NCBI GenBank assembly: GCA_022840695.1
Contig: JALHDC010000004.1
Span: forward strand, 22,907 to 86,906
DNA: 64,000 nucleotides
Source: a bacterium
Lineage (GTDB): Bacteria > Patescibacteriota > Dojkabacteria > SC72
Direction of reading: 5' to 3'
Below, piece after piece: positions 49,882 through 60,724 of this stretch; the first letter of the stretch is position 1; each line of letters begins with the position of its first letter. Both the position numbers and the translations under genes were made by a program. The notes under the pieces were generated by a model, which was not told the DNA's origin, ran no database searches, and saw nothing but the letters and a program-made list of their open reading frames with translations.

Positions 49882-50490
49882 ATGTTAACTTATATATTAA
49901 TGAATGCCCCAATATTTAAAACAATAGAAGGTAAAAAGAATATACTTCTCTCCGCACCTCATGTATATGCCCATAGAAGGCCAAGATTAAGCATGGGATA
50001 TAAGTTGGGAGAACCATTAACGGACACCATTGTTGAAGATGTTTGTAGAAATATAAATAGCTGGGGTATTGTTCTTAAGGATGAATCTGATTTTGATGCT
50101 AACTATCACAAAGAAGATGATAATCCATATAAACAGGAAGTTAAGTTAATTGTAAAGAAACAGAAGATAAAATACTTCTTAGATATACATGGTTTAAAAG
50201 ATGGACAAATGTACGATATTGCTATCTACTATCCTACACAGTTTAGGAAATCGATAGAGTTAGCAAGAAGTATAAAGAATGGTTTAGATAAGGGAAAATT
50301 AAAGGGAGTAAATATAGCAATATTTAGATTTTTAGATAATCATCAGGAAACCTTAGGTGAATACTGTGCAAATAATCTAAGAGTACCTTCAGTACAAATA
50401 GAAATATCTAAATATATTAGAGAGAGCCAAAAGTTAAGAGACGAATTAGTGAATAATCTCTCAACAGTATTGGATAAACAGGTAATATAA
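49882..50490 (+). CDS. N-formylglutamate amidohydrolase-family-like protein
   Basis: 'LLSAPHVYAHRRP...DANYHK...LDIHG' pattern. Weak. Confidence 0.4.
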   Translation: MLTYILMNAPIFKTIEGKKNILLSAPHVYAHRRPRLSMGYKLGEPLTDTIVEDVCRNINSWGIVLKDESDFDANYHKEDDNPYKQEVKLIVKKQKIKYFLDIHGLKDGQMYDIAIYYPTQFRKSIELARSIKNGLDKGKLKGVNIAIFRFLDNHQETLGEYCANNLRVPSVQIEISKYIRESQKLRDELVNNLSTVLDKQVI

Positions 50491-50587
50491 TATTATTATC
50501 GGTTAATTAAATTTTTTGTTTCATATTTTGACCTTCTCTCTCCACTCTGTTATTCTGAATATGTAATAAATTTATGTAAATATACTA

Positions 50588-51613
50588 ATGACAGCAACTG
50601 TTAAAAAGAAAATGGATCCTGAAATTAAGATGGATTCTCCAAAGAAAAAAGCTATAGAAATGGCTATATCTCAAATAGAAAAGCAATTTGGAAAAGGATC
50701 CATAATGAAGTTAGGAGAACAAACAAAAGTGGATGTAGATGTAATCCCAACAGGAGCACTTTCTTTAGATATTGCATTAGGAATAGGGGGTATTCCAAAA
50801 GGTAGAATAGTAGAAATATATGGGCCAGAGGCATCTGGAAAAACAACATTAGCTATCCATATCTTGACTGAAGCTCAAAGAAAAGGAGAGGCTGTAGCAT
50901 TCATAGATGCAGAGCATGCATTTGATCCAACATATGCAAAAAATATCGGTTTAAATATGGATGAATTGTATATATCTCAACCGGACTTTGGAGAACAAGC
51001 ATTGGAAATTTTAGAAACATTAGTAAGATCTGCAGCATTCGGTGTAATAGTTGTAGACTCTGTTGCTGCTCTAACTCCTAGGGCTGAAATAGAGGGAGAT
51101 ATGGGTGATAGTCATATGGGTCTTCAAGCTAGATTAATGTCTCAGGCTTTAAGAAAAATTACTGCAATATCTAGTAAAACAGGAACAACCATAATATTCC
51201 TTAATCAATTAAGAATGAAAATTGGAATAATGTTTGGTAATCCAGAAACAACCACAGGTGGAAATGCATTAAAATTCTATGCTTCGATTAGAATGGATAT
51301 TAGGCAGAAGGATAAAATACTTAAGGATGGAAAGTTAATAGGGCATTCTAGAAAAGTTAAAGTTGTTAAAAATAAAATGGCTCCTCCTTTCAAAGAGGCA
51401 ACCTTTAATATGATATATCCAAAAGGTATAGATAAAGAAAGTAGTATATTGGATGCCGCATTAGAATTGGGAGTAGTAGAAAAAGCTGGTGCATGGTTTA
51501 GATATGGAGATATACAACTCGGACAGGGTAGAGAGGCAACATCTGATTTCCTTAGAGAGGATAAAAAGCTTAGAGATAAGATAGAGAAGGAAGTTAAAGC
51601 AAAAATTAAATAA
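50588..51613 (+). CDS. recA: recombinase RecA
   Basis: '[16 protein letters not shown]', '[11 protein letters not shown]', 'VVDSVAAL' etc. Essentially full-length match to bacterial RecA. Confidence 0.95.
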   Translation: MTATVKKKMDPEIKMDSPKKKAIEMAISQIEKQFGKGSIMKLGEQTKVDVDVIPTGALSLDIALGIGGIPKGRIVEIYGPEASGKTTLAIHILTEAQRKGEAVAFIDAEHAFDPTYAKNIGLNMDELYISQPDFGEQALEILETLVRSAAFGVIVVDSVAALTPRAEIEGDMGDSHMGLQARLMSQALRKITAISSKTGTTIIFLNQLRMKIGIMFGNPETTTGGNALKFYASIRMDIRQKDKILKDGKLIGHSRKVKVVKNKMAPPFKEATFNMIYPKGIDKESSILDAALELGVVEKAGAWFRYGDIQLGQGREATSDFLREDKKLRDKIEKEVKAKIK

Positions 51614-52266
51614 TGAAAGTAACAAAGCTCTCATCTCAAAAGAAGGATCCTTCTAGAGTCAATATGTATATTGATGATGAGTTTTTTTGTGGGATATCTT
51701 TAGATAATCTTGCTAAGTTTGGTATATATGTTGGAAAAGAGCTTCAAGAGGACGAGATTAATAAAATACAGGTGCATGAATTAAAGAATAGGTTTCTTTC
51801 AAGAGCTACTGAATACATCTCTAAATCTATAAAAACAGAATTTCAATTAAGAAGATATCTAAGAGATCTGTCCTTTAAGAAAAAAGATATATGGTACAGT
51901 AATATAGAGAAAGAGGAATTAGAAAAGATATTTAATGACATTATCCAAAAATTAAAACGATATGGATATTTAGATGATTCAGTATTTGCAGAGCAATTCA
52001 TACTATCTAGAATAAAGAATAAACCAAGAGGTAAGAATGTCCTAATATCCGAACTACTCTCCAAAGGTGTAAGTAAAGAGATTGCAGAAAATAAAGTAGA
52101 AGAATTGGTAGAAGATGAATACCAGATCTTAAAAGAGATTTATAGAAAAAAATATAAAGATGAGAAAATAGGTATTAATGATAGGAAAAAGATAGATTTT
52201 TTAAGAAGAAAAGGTTTTGATTGGGATTTAATTGAGAAATATATAAACAATGAGTTTACAGAGTAA
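51613..52266 (+). CDS. recX: RecX-like regulatory protein
   Basis: Immediately downstream of recA with overlapping stop/start. Helical, basic. Confidence 0.55.
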   Translation: MKVTKLSSQKKDPSRVNMYIDDEFFCGISLDNLAKFGIYVGKELQEDEINKIQVHELKNRFLSRATEYISKSIKTEFQLRRYLRDLSFKKKDIWYSNIEKEELEKIFNDIIQKLKRYGYLDDSVFAEQFILSRIKNKPRGKNVLISELLSKGVSKEIAENKVEELVEDEYQILKEIYRKKYKDEKIGINDRKKIDFLRRKGFDWDLIEKYINNEFTE

Positions 52267-53938
52267 AAGGGAATGGGTATTACCCAAGAAAAAAACAAAA
52301 GATATTGTAGAACATATATTAACAATTAGAAAAATTGAAGATAGAGATCTATATTTAAATCCTACAATAAAGAATATCCCTTCATATAAAAAACTTTTCG
52401 ATAGTAAAAAAGCTGCTAAAAAAATTATAAAAAGTATAGAGAATGGAGATAAAATAGTAATACATGGAGATTATGATGCAGATGGTATATGTGCAAGTAG
52501 CTTGTTATGGGAATTTTTGTATAGAGATGTCTCAAAGTTTTTAGATAAGAAGATAGATGTAGTACCATATATTCCAGATAGATTGGAGCAAGGATATGGA
52601 TTAACGAGAGATTCCCTTAATGATTTGGTTGATTTAGGTGCAAATTTAGTAATAACTGTAGACTGTGGTATTAGGGATAAAGAATTAATAAATGAATATA
52701 TTGAGGAGAAAGGATTACAATTTATAATTACAGATCATCATCAACCACCTAAGAATGTATTAAAAGATATTAAATATCCAATAGTTCATCAAATGTATCC
52801 AGAGAAAGAGTTTCCATATAAAGAAATTTCTGGAACATCTGTAGTATATCTATTAGTGCAGGCTATTAAGAATGAACTTGGTATGGAAATGGATCCTCTT
52901 AAAAGTTTAGATCTAGTAGCCCTCTCTACAGTTACAGATATAATGCCCTTGCAAGGAATAAATAGAGTATTGGTTAAATTAGGATTGGAAGAGATAAGGA
53001 AAGGAAAAAGACTTGGACTTAGGATGTTAGCATTAAGGGCTGGGATTGATCCTCCTGATATAGATACATATCATCTTGGCTATGTTTTAGGGCCTAGGAT
53101 AAATGCTGCTGGAAGAATAGCGTCTCCCATGGATGCTGTTAAACTACTTGTTAGTAAAGATGAAAATCAATGTAAGGAAATATCTAATGTCTTAGAAAAT
53201 ACTAATTTTGAAAGACAGAAAATGACCTCTGGGATATCGGAAGAAGCTATGAATATGGTTAAGGATAGTAAAGATAATTTAATTTTTGTATTAGGTACTA
53301 ATTGGCATGAAGGGATAATTGGTTTGGTAGCAGGAAAATTACAAGAGCAATTTTACAAACCTGTTATAGTAGCCACAAATAACGAGGGAGTTGTAAAAGC
53401 CTCTGCTAGGAGTATTAAGGGATTTAATATAACAAAGGCTTTAGAAAAATTTACTAAATATCTGGATAGGTATGGAGGCCATGAGTTAGCAGCAGGATTT
53501 ACTATGAAGGAGGAAGTTGTTGAAAAATTTAGAAAAGAATTAATTAAATATGCTAATGAAAAGATAAAGGAAGATGATTTAAAACCTAAATTAAAAATAG
53601 AGTTATTATTAAATACCGATGCTATTTCTATAGAACTTGTTAATGAATTAAAAAAGTTAGAGCCATTAGGATTTGGGAATCCAAAACCTTATGTTTGTCT
53701 TAAGAGTTTGGAGATAAAAAGGAAGAATGTAATAGGGAAAGAGGGAAATCATCTAAAGATTTTTGTTAAGGGAAACTCTATAGATTATCTAACATTACTT
53801 TTATTTGGTTGCAATGAAGATGTAGATACATTAAAGGAGGGAGATACGATAGATGTCGTTGGTTATCCCGATATCAATGTATGGAATGGAAACAAAAGTA
53901 TACAATTTAATGTAAAAGAGTGGCGGTATACTAATTAA
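52250..53938 (+). CDS. recJ: single-stranded-DNA-specific exonuclease RecJ (DHH/DHHA1)
   Basis: 'VIHGDYDADGICASSLL', 'ITDHHQPP', 'GGHELAAGF'. Confidence 0.85.
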   Translation: MSLQSKREWVLPKKKTKDIVEHILTIRKIEDRDLYLNPTIKNIPSYKKLFDSKKAAKKIIKSIENGDKIVIHGDYDADGICASSLLWEFLYRDVSKFLDKKIDVVPYIPDRLEQGYGLTRDSLNDLVDLGANLVITVDCGIRDKELINEYIEEKGLQFIITDHHQPPKNVLKDIKYPIVHQMYPEKEFPYKEISGTSVVYLLVQAIKNELGMEMDPLKSLDLVALSTVTDIMPLQGINRVLVKLGLEEIRKGKRLGLRMLALRAGIDPPDIDTYHLGYVLGPRINAAGRIASPMDAVKLLVSKDENQCKEISNVLENTNFERQKMTSGISEEAMNMVKDSKDNLIFVLGTNWHEGIIGLVAGKLQEQFYKPVIVATNNEGVVKASARSIKGFNITKALEKFTKYLDRYGGHELAAGFTMKEEVVEKFRKELIKYANEKIKEDDLKPKLKIELLLNTDAISIELVNELKKLEPLGFGNPKPYVCLKSLEIKRKNVIGKEGNHLKIFVKGNSIDYLTLLLFGCNEDVDTLKEGDTIDVVGYPDINVWNGNKSIQFNVKEWRYTN

Positions 53939-55269
53939 TTTTTGTTTATTAATTTCCCTAATCTATTAGGTGTATTTGGAAGATATGTTGTTTCCAAAAT
54001 ACTACCATAGCCGAGCATTTTCATTAATAATCTCTCTGTACCTATTGCAAATCCACCATGAGGAGGACAACCGTATCTAAAATAATCAAAGTAATCTTTT
54101 AATGATTCCTCAGTAATGTCTCTCTCTTTAGCATTTTCTATTATATTTTCTAATCTATGCTCTCTTTGTGCTCCTGTAGTTATCTCTATACCTTTCCAAA
54201 ATAGGTCAAACCCAAGAGCTAATTCAGGATTATTTGGATTCTTCATATGGTAGAAAGCTCTCTGTTTGTGAGGATAATCAATCATAAATAAAAATTCTGA
54301 TCCTGTTTCCTTTTCTACTATCTCAGATATTTTTCTTTCCTCTTCTGGAGAAAAATCTCCCTCATCTTTACTTTTTATTCCAGCTTTAGCAAGCTTTTCT
54401 TTTGCATCTTTTACTGTAATTCGTGGAAAACTATCTTTAGGTATTTTGATCTCTATATCAAATATTTTTTTAATTTCTTCCCCATATTTTTCTTTTACAG
54501 CCTCTAACATATATCTAAGCATCCCCTCCTCAAATTCGCATATGTCCTCATATGAATCTATATAACCTATTTCAACATCAAAACTTGTATATTCAGTTAG
54601 GTGTCTGGTTGTAAAGGATTTCTCTGCTCTAAAAACAGGACCAACATTAAAAACTCTCTCTAATCCAGCAGCTATACCCATTTGTTTGTGAAATTGTGGG
54701 GATTGAGCTAAGTATGCCTTTTTATCAAAATATTTAACCTCAAACACATTTGCTCCTCCTTCACTAGCAGCACTTATTATTCTAGGACCTTGAATCTCTA
54801 TGAGGTCATTAACAAGACAGTACTCTCTCAATTTAGCAGTCATTAATGTCGCTACTGACATCATTAAAGAATTCTTCTTCGATCTTAGATCAATCCATCT
54901 GTAATCTAATCTTCTATCTAATGCAGTAGTGTTATCATGATGCTCTTCCTCTATAACTATTGGTAATGGTGATTGAGCCAATGAATCTACCTTTATTTCA
55001 TTTATCTCTATCTCAAAACCTTGTTCAACCTGCTTGGCTTCTTTTAACTTCCCTGTTATATCTACAACAGACTCAGAAGTTATTCTTTTTACTTTTTCTA
55101 AAAGTGTTTTATCCTCTCCTCCCCATACTAAGGTTTGAACCTTTCCAGATTTGTCTCTAACAATTAAAAATATGATTTTACCTTGATCTCTTACTGTGTC
55201 TACTACACCTCTAACCCTTACTTCCTCTCCTATATGATCTTTTAATTCTGAAACAAGTAATCTTTTCAT
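53935..55269 (-). CDS. aspS: archaeal/eukaryal-type aspartyl(/asparaginyl)-tRNA synthetase (class IIb)
   Basis: N-terminal OB fold, 'LAQSPQFHKQ', 'FRAE', 'GGFAIGTERLLM'. 444 aa. Confidence 0.8.
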   Translation of the reverse strand: MKRLLVSELKDHIGEEVRVRGVVDTVRDQGKIIFLIVRDKSGKVQTLVWGGEDKTLLEKVKRITSESVVDITGKLKEAKQVEQGFEIEINEIKVDSLAQSPLPIVIEEEHHDNTTALDRRLDYRWIDLRSKKNSLMMSVATLMTAKLREYCLVNDLIEIQGPRIISAASEGGANVFEVKYFDKKAYLAQSPQFHKQMGIAAGLERVFNVGPVFRAEKSFTTRHLTEYTSFDVEIGYIDSYEDICEFEEGMLRYMLEAVKEKYGEEIKKIFDIEIKIPKDSFPRITVKDAKEKLAKAGIKSKDEGDFSPEEERKISEIVEKETGSEFLFMIDYPHKQRAFYHMKNPNNPELALGFDLFWKGIEITTGAQREHRLENIIENAKERDITEESLKDYFDYFRYGCPPHGGFAIGTERLLMKMLGYGSILETTYLPNTPNRLGKLINKN

Positions 55270-55333
55270 TTAAATATTGTGTAAATTAATCATGCATTAT
55301 ATCTTATCTAGCAGCGATTTCTCAACTTAACAA

Positions 55334-56647
55334 TTACAAGATCCCACTCTTTTGCTGAACTACTGGTGCTGGCAAATCTATTTTGTCTTGAACAATATCA
55401 TAGCTAATTGCTGGATACATATATACAAAACTTCCCTTTACATCGTTTTCAAATATTGCTTCCCCTTGGATATAGTATATAGGTTGTAGGTATTCAAGCT
55501 CGGTTCTGTCTTCGTAGTAGTAGAGGAAGACATCTGTAATTGAGAATTTCTTCACTCTCTTTGGAGTATATTCTGAGACATCATCAGCATAATCTTCGTA
55601 TAAATAGGCTAAACTTCCTTCTCCTGATTGTACCTTTTCTATAGCTACCTGTGGTGATATTAATTCATATGTACCACATGATTCTATCTGTATTGGCCAG
55701 TATGTGTAATCTATTTGATATATCGAAGCATAGTTATCTTTAACCATTTCCCTGTCTTCCACACCAACATAGACTGATATGTTACTTTTTTGAGCTTGTG
55801 GAAACATAACTAATGTATTAAATGTATGAATCTCAATCCTCTCATCATTCACAATTTGACTCTCAACTTGATGAGTATTTGGCATCTTCCTGTTTAATGC
55901 TTGAACCATACTGTCTGCCCCAACAATGATTGAAGGTATAGTTATCATTGATTTGTTTCTAACAAAATCAACCCTAATTAAATTTGCTTCATCAAGTGAG
56001 GATACCCTAGTGAATGTCCCATCGGGCGTGACGTTTATGAGTTTAGTTTGGTGATTACCTTTTTGATAGTCTTCTGAATATAATCCTAAACTTCTTAATG
56101 CATTCGCAGCTATTGATTTAGCTTCATTTTCAGTTGGTAAATTGCCAGTACTAGATACTTCTCTAATATACGAAGCTTCTGAAGTTAATTGAAAATTTAA
56201 GTTCTTTGCTTGAACAACAAGACTCTTTTTAATCTCTCTGTCAACCCAGACATAGCTATCAGTTCTCCTTATAACAGAATCAGGGTTAAACCCTATCTTA
56301 TTTGCCAAAATCTTGGCACTTGCTTGTGCACTTAGAGATTGGGTCGGATTATCAAATTTATATACATTTACAATCTCTGGTAATGAATCTATCTTTCCTG
56401 TATCTGTAAGTATCTCAAAAACCATTTCTGATCCATCTGCTAGTTTAAGGGAAGGAATTTCAAGTTTATGTTGTAAAAATTCGTCCCTCTTTTCGGTACA
56501 AGCATAATTAGCTGTTAGATATTGAGGAGGCATCAATTCTTCTCCTCCAAGAGTAACTGTTAGTATTACCACTACAAAAACAACAAAGGCCCCCAATGCT
56601 ATAACTCCGAATCTTTTTGTCCAAAATGCTGCCTCTGTTAAAGTCAT
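55334..56647 (-). CDS. hypothetical secreted/membrane-anchored protein
   Basis: N-terminal TM. No domain recognised. Confidence 0.4.
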   Translation of the reverse strand: MTLTEAAFWTKRFGVIALGAFVVFVVVILTVTLGGEELMPPQYLTANYACTEKRDEFLQHKLEIPSLKLADGSEMVFEILTDTGKIDSLPEIVNVYKFDNPTQSLSAQASAKILANKIGFNPDSVIRRTDSYVWVDREIKKSLVVQAKNLNFQLTSEASYIREVSSTGNLPTENEAKSIAANALRSLGLYSEDYQKGNHQTKLINVTPDGTFTRVSSLDEANLIRVDFVRNKSMITIPSIIVGADSMVQALNRKMPNTHQVESQIVNDERIEIHTFNTLVMFPQAQKSNISVYVGVEDREMVKDNYASIYQIDYTYWPIQIESCGTYELISPQVAIEKVQSGEGSLAYLYEDYADDVSEYTPKRVKKFSITDVFLYYYEDRTELEYLQPIYYIQGEAIFENDVKGSFVYMYPAISYDIVQDKIDLPAPVVQQKSGIL

Positions 56648-56705
56648 GATATAATCTTAGCAGTAGTTTAATATCGTATCAACATTATATATTACATAGG
56701 TATTT

Positions 56706-58325
56706 ATGAGAACACCAGAGGAAAATAGGAAGTTAGCAGATATGTTGTTTCCTGAAGTGAAAGAATCTCCAGAAGATGTCTTTAAAAAATATCCCAAAAG
56801 GAATGTAGAAGGAATGGTTTTAAGATTTGCTCCTAGTCCTACAGGGTTTATCCATACAGGGAACATATATACAGGTTTTGTATCAACTAAATTAGCAAAA
56901 CAGAGCGGAGGAATATCCATACTTAGGATAGAGGATACGGATAAAAACAGGGAGATAGAGAATGGAGTTACCCAAATAGTACAAGCTTTAAAAGGATTCG
57001 GTATTGAATTTGATGAAGGAATGGAAGATGAAGATAATTGGAAGGGAGAGTATGGTCCATATATACAGAGTAAAAGGATTGATATATATCATGTATTTGC
57101 AAAAAATTTGGTATCTAAAGGTTATGCATATCCATGTTTCCTAACAGAGGAAGAATTAGAAGAGATCAGGCATAAGCAGGAGGAGTTGAAAGAAAGAACA
57201 GGATGCTATGGTAAGTGGGCGAAATACAGAGATGCATCAACGGAAGAAATAGAGGATCTATTAAATAAAGGAGGGAAATTCGTCATTAGATTATATTCCA
57301 CAGGAGATATAGAGGAGAGTTTTAATATGAAAGATCTTGTTAAAGGATCTGTGACTTTAAGAGAGAATGATATGGATGCAGTTTTACTAAAATCTGATGG
57401 GTATCCAACATATCATTTTGCTCATCCAATAGATGATACTTTAATGGGAATAACTCATATTACCAGAACTGATGAATGGTTTTCCTCTGTTTCTTTACAT
57501 GTAGAACTATTTGAAAAGCTTGGTTTTAAACAAATACCGTATGCACATCTTTCTCCATTAATGAAACTAGATAATGGGAAGAAGAGAAAACTAAGTAAAA
57601 GGAAAGATCCAGAATTTGCAGTTTCTTTCTACTTGGAAAATGGTTATCCTAAGAAAGCACTTTTAGAATATCTTTTAAATATTGCTAATTCAAACTTCTA
57701 TGATTGGAGAATACAAAATCCTCAAAAAGATATAGAAGAGTTTGAGTTAAAAATTGAAAAATTTAATAAAGCGGGTGCATTATTCGATGTTATTAAATTA
57801 GAGGATATATGTAAGAACTATATAGCGACACTCGCAGCACAAGAGGTATATGAAATGTCATTAGAATGGGCAAGAGAGTATGATGAAGAATTAGCAAAGT
57901 TATTAGAGGAAAACAAAGATTATTGTATTAAGATCTTTAATATTGAAAGAACTGGTGAAAAAATTAGGAAAGATATTGCCAAATTTGGAGATATTAGAGA
58001 TCAGTTAGTAATATTTTTTGATGAATTATTGAATAATGTTGATATAGAAGACATTGAAGATAGGGTGGGGAAAGCAAAGCAAAAAAATATTTTGAATGAA
58101 TATTTAAAAGTCTTTAATATCTCCGATACTCAAGAAATTTGGTTTGAGAAAATTAGAAATCTAGCATCTGAGTTAGGATTTGAGAAAGTGGGTGATGTTG
58201 CTATGGTATTAAGAGTCGCAATAACACATAGAACAAGAACGCCAGATCTATACCAGGTTATGCAAGTATTAGGAGAGCAAAAGGTTCGAGAAAGAATACA
58301 AAAGTATGTTGATATGATGATATAA
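56706..58325 (+). CDS. gltX: glutamyl-tRNA synthetase (probably non-discriminating)
   Basis: 'RFAPSPTGFIHTGN' (HIGH region), 'KLSKRKD' (KMSKS). Confidence 0.8.
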   Translation: MRTPEENRKLADMLFPEVKESPEDVFKKYPKRNVEGMVLRFAPSPTGFIHTGNIYTGFVSTKLAKQSGGISILRIEDTDKNREIENGVTQIVQALKGFGIEFDEGMEDEDNWKGEYGPYIQSKRIDIYHVFAKNLVSKGYAYPCFLTEEELEEIRHKQEELKERTGCYGKWAKYRDASTEEIEDLLNKGGKFVIRLYSTGDIEESFNMKDLVKGSVTLRENDMDAVLLKSDGYPTYHFAHPIDDTLMGITHITRTDEWFSSVSLHVELFEKLGFKQIPYAHLSPLMKLDNGKKRKLSKRKDPEFAVSFYLENGYPKKALLEYLLNIANSNFYDWRIQNPQKDIEEFELKIEKFNKAGALFDVIKLEDICKNYIATLAAQEVYEMSLEWAREYDEELAKLLEENKDYCIKIFNIERTGEKIRKDIAKFGDIRDQLVIFFDELLNNVDIEDIEDRVGKAKQKNILNEYLKVFNISDTQEIWFEKIRNLASELGFEKVGDVAMVLRVAITHRTRTPDLYQVMQVLGEQKVRERIQKYVDMMI

Positions 58326-58337
58326 TATCTCCATTAA

Positions 58338-58408
58338 TGCCGGATCGTCTAATGGTAGGACGACGGTCTCTGAAACCGTTAATTCTAGTTCGAATCTAGG
58401 TCCGGCAA
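58338..58408 (+). tRNA. tRNA-Gln (anticodon CTG) with a U1-A72 first pair
   Basis: Acceptor TGCCGGA/TCCGGCA, 3-bp D-stem, anticodon loop CTCTGAA, T-arm TCTAG-TTCGAAT-CTAGG. 71 nt, no CCA. Confidence 0.7.
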
Positions 58409-58411
58409 TTT

Positions 58412-58765
58412 CTATTCAAATGTCGGTTTTAATCCAAATGATTTTCCTGGGCTTAGCTCAACAGTTATTGGAGATTCTCTATTTTCTATCTTTATTGCAA
58501 ACTCTTTTCCCTCTTCATCCGGAATAGCTTCATATTCTCTGATTTCCGGATCAGTCAGGGTTTCCAAATATGCTTTATAGGATACATTCCCATTTTCATC
58601 TTGGAATCTTGCTAAACCAATTAATTGATATTTAAAGCATACTCCTAAAAGTGAAGCTTTAGTGCTTTCTGTTTCTTTTCCTTTTAAAAGTTGATCAAGT
58701 GTATCTCTATATATTCTTAAGGTTCGTTCTGTTTGATCTTCAGGTTCTTTATTCCACCATTCCAT
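58412..58765 (-). CDS. hypothetical protein
   Basis: ORF only. Confidence 0.35.
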   Translation of the reverse strand: MEWWNKEPEDQTERTLRIYRDTLDQLLKGKETESTKASLLGVCFKYQLIGLARFQDENGNVSYKAYLETLTDPEIREYEAIPDEEGKEFAIKIENRESPITVELSPGKSFGLKPTFE

Positions 58766-58775
58766 AATAAATTTG

Positions 58776-60550
58776 TTATATTTTATCTATATCTAATTTT
58801 ACCGTATATAAGCCTTTTTTCCAAATCTCCTTCCTGGTAATATCTATTCCCATTCCATTGAATATTTCATATGGTGATTTACTACTTCCAGAACTTAAAA
58901 ATTCTTTTACAAATTTAATATTTTCTATATCCTCTTTAACCATGCTTTGTAATGCTTTTGATATTAATAATCCGCTAGCATATGAATATACATAAAAAAA
59001 TTTTCTAAAATGACCAATATATATCCAACCATTTCTCATGCCTTCATCTTCATCTACATGCTCTCCTAGATATGCCTTCATATGTTTGCAAAAAAGATCA
59101 GATATATACTCCTTGCTAAGATATCCCTGTTTTCTAAATTCTGAATGTAATTCTTTTTCGAAGTTGTAAAATGCTACCTGCCTAAAGATAGAAGATACAT
59201 CCGAATTTATTTTCTCTGCTAATATAGCAAATTTAAGATCATCATTAGCTGTCTTTAATATCTCTTCCAGTACAAAATCCTCAAAAAATGTACTAGCTAT
59301 CTCTGCTAATGAAGTTGGATAGTGGCTGTTTAAAGAATTCTGCCTATGAGAAAATTCCGAGTGTATAGCATGCCCACTCTCATGCGCAATGGTTAGTACA
59401 TCATTTAGCTTCTCATTGAAGTTTAATAGTATATATGTAGGGAGATTCTTCCCAATGGTTATACAGAACCCTCCTCCTGTTTTACCTTGCTTTGCAAATG
59501 CATCGTACTGTCCATTTTTTAGAAAATTCTTAACAACATTTCCAAATTGAGTATCGATATCTTTAAAAGTATTTTGAACTAATTTAATTCCATCCTCAAA
59601 GGAGTATTGCATATCGACATTACCTAGTGGGACATTTCTTTCATGATATCCAAGTGTTTTCTGATTTAACAGTTTTGCCTTCTTTCTGTAATACTCTCTT
59701 GATATATGGAAGTTCTTTGTAACTGTATCCACTAAAGCATCAACAACAGTACTATCAATATCATCTGCTATATGTCTTGTTAAATCTGGTCTAGGTATTC
59801 CTCTATACTCATCAGATATCTTCTTATTTTCTAGAACTGAATTAATTTCAAACTCCGCTATCTCTGCATATCTACCATTTATTTTGTTAAACTCATTCGC
59901 TGCAATATCTCTAACCTCTTTGTTTTTAGCATTAAGATACTTTTGTATATCGTTGTAGGTTATTTCAATATTTTTCCCATCTTCATCTTTAATATTTAGT
60001 TTTTGCTTGTCAGTCAATTCTGAAATCATGTCTACCCAATTGGAATGGGATGTTTTGCTTGTTAGATTAAATATTTTTTCTTCTTTATCTGTGAGTAGAT
60101 ACTCTGAACCTCTGAAAAGAGATTCAAGGAAGTGTTTGTATGGTTCTAATTCCTTTGCCTTTAGAAATATTTTCTGTTGCTTTTTACCCACCTTTGAAAT
60201 ATTTAATTCAAAAAACTGTATATCATTACCAAGCTTTGTAGAAATATTGTCTAGTTTATTTAATTCTCCTTTTATTTTTGTATTTGTTTGGTCAAGGTTA
60301 TTAAGGAGGAGGAAGTAATAGATTGGTTTATTGCAAAGTCCAGTAGTTGCATACAGTTTCTCATATTCATCTAAGGCCTCTCTTAGTGCTGTCGGGTTTT
60401 GAGTGCTGTCGGGTTTTGAAGATACTCTTTATTGTTTCTCCACTTTTTTACAAAAGCCAAAACATTTTTTTTAGATTCCTCTATATCCTTTTTGATCTGT
60501 GGATCTTTTGTAGATGAATATAGGAGTTTTAGATTCCATTTTGTTTGCAT
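58776..60550 (-). pseudogene. pepF: oligoendopeptidase F (M3 family) disrupted by a 17-bp tandem duplication (frameshift). The N-terminal 46 codons (from the ATG at 60550) are out of frame with the 471-aa ORF 58776..60191.
   Basis: HExxH 'HESGHAIH' in the 471-aa ORF. Manual translation from the ATG at 60550 gives 'MQTKWNLKLLYSSTKDPQIK...NPTAL' then hits a stop inside the second repeat copy. Deleting one 17-mer joins the frames into a ~586-aa PepF. Confidence 0.7.
60385..60418. repeat. perfect 17-bp x2 tandem duplication AGTGCTGTCGGGTTTTG
   Basis: Verified base by base. Confidence 0.9.
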
Positions 60551-60640
60551 TTTTAATTATATCGTTAATATGTTGATATATCTAGATTTTTTAACTATTT
60601 TTTTGTAAAATGTCCTGTATCTAGTTCCTCCTAGATAGGG

Positions 60641-60718
60641 GAAGCCTTTCCTTAGGCGGCAGGGCTTCCCCAGAGGAAGAAACAAAATATATCTAATGAT
60701 ATTTGTTTCTTCCTCCCT
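60641..60718 (+). other. two adjacent perfect GC-rich hairpins (GGGGAAGCC..GGCTTCCCC and AGGAAGAAACAAA..TTTGTTTCTTCCT) in the pepF/ileS divergent intergenic region
   Basis: 9-bp and 13-bp perfect inverted repeats with ~16-nt loops. Confidence 0.5.
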
Positions 60719-60724
60719 CAATTT

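Noticed and set aside
60007-60318. 103-aa plus-strand ORF
   Set aside because: Antisense to the pepF coding sequence. Spurious.
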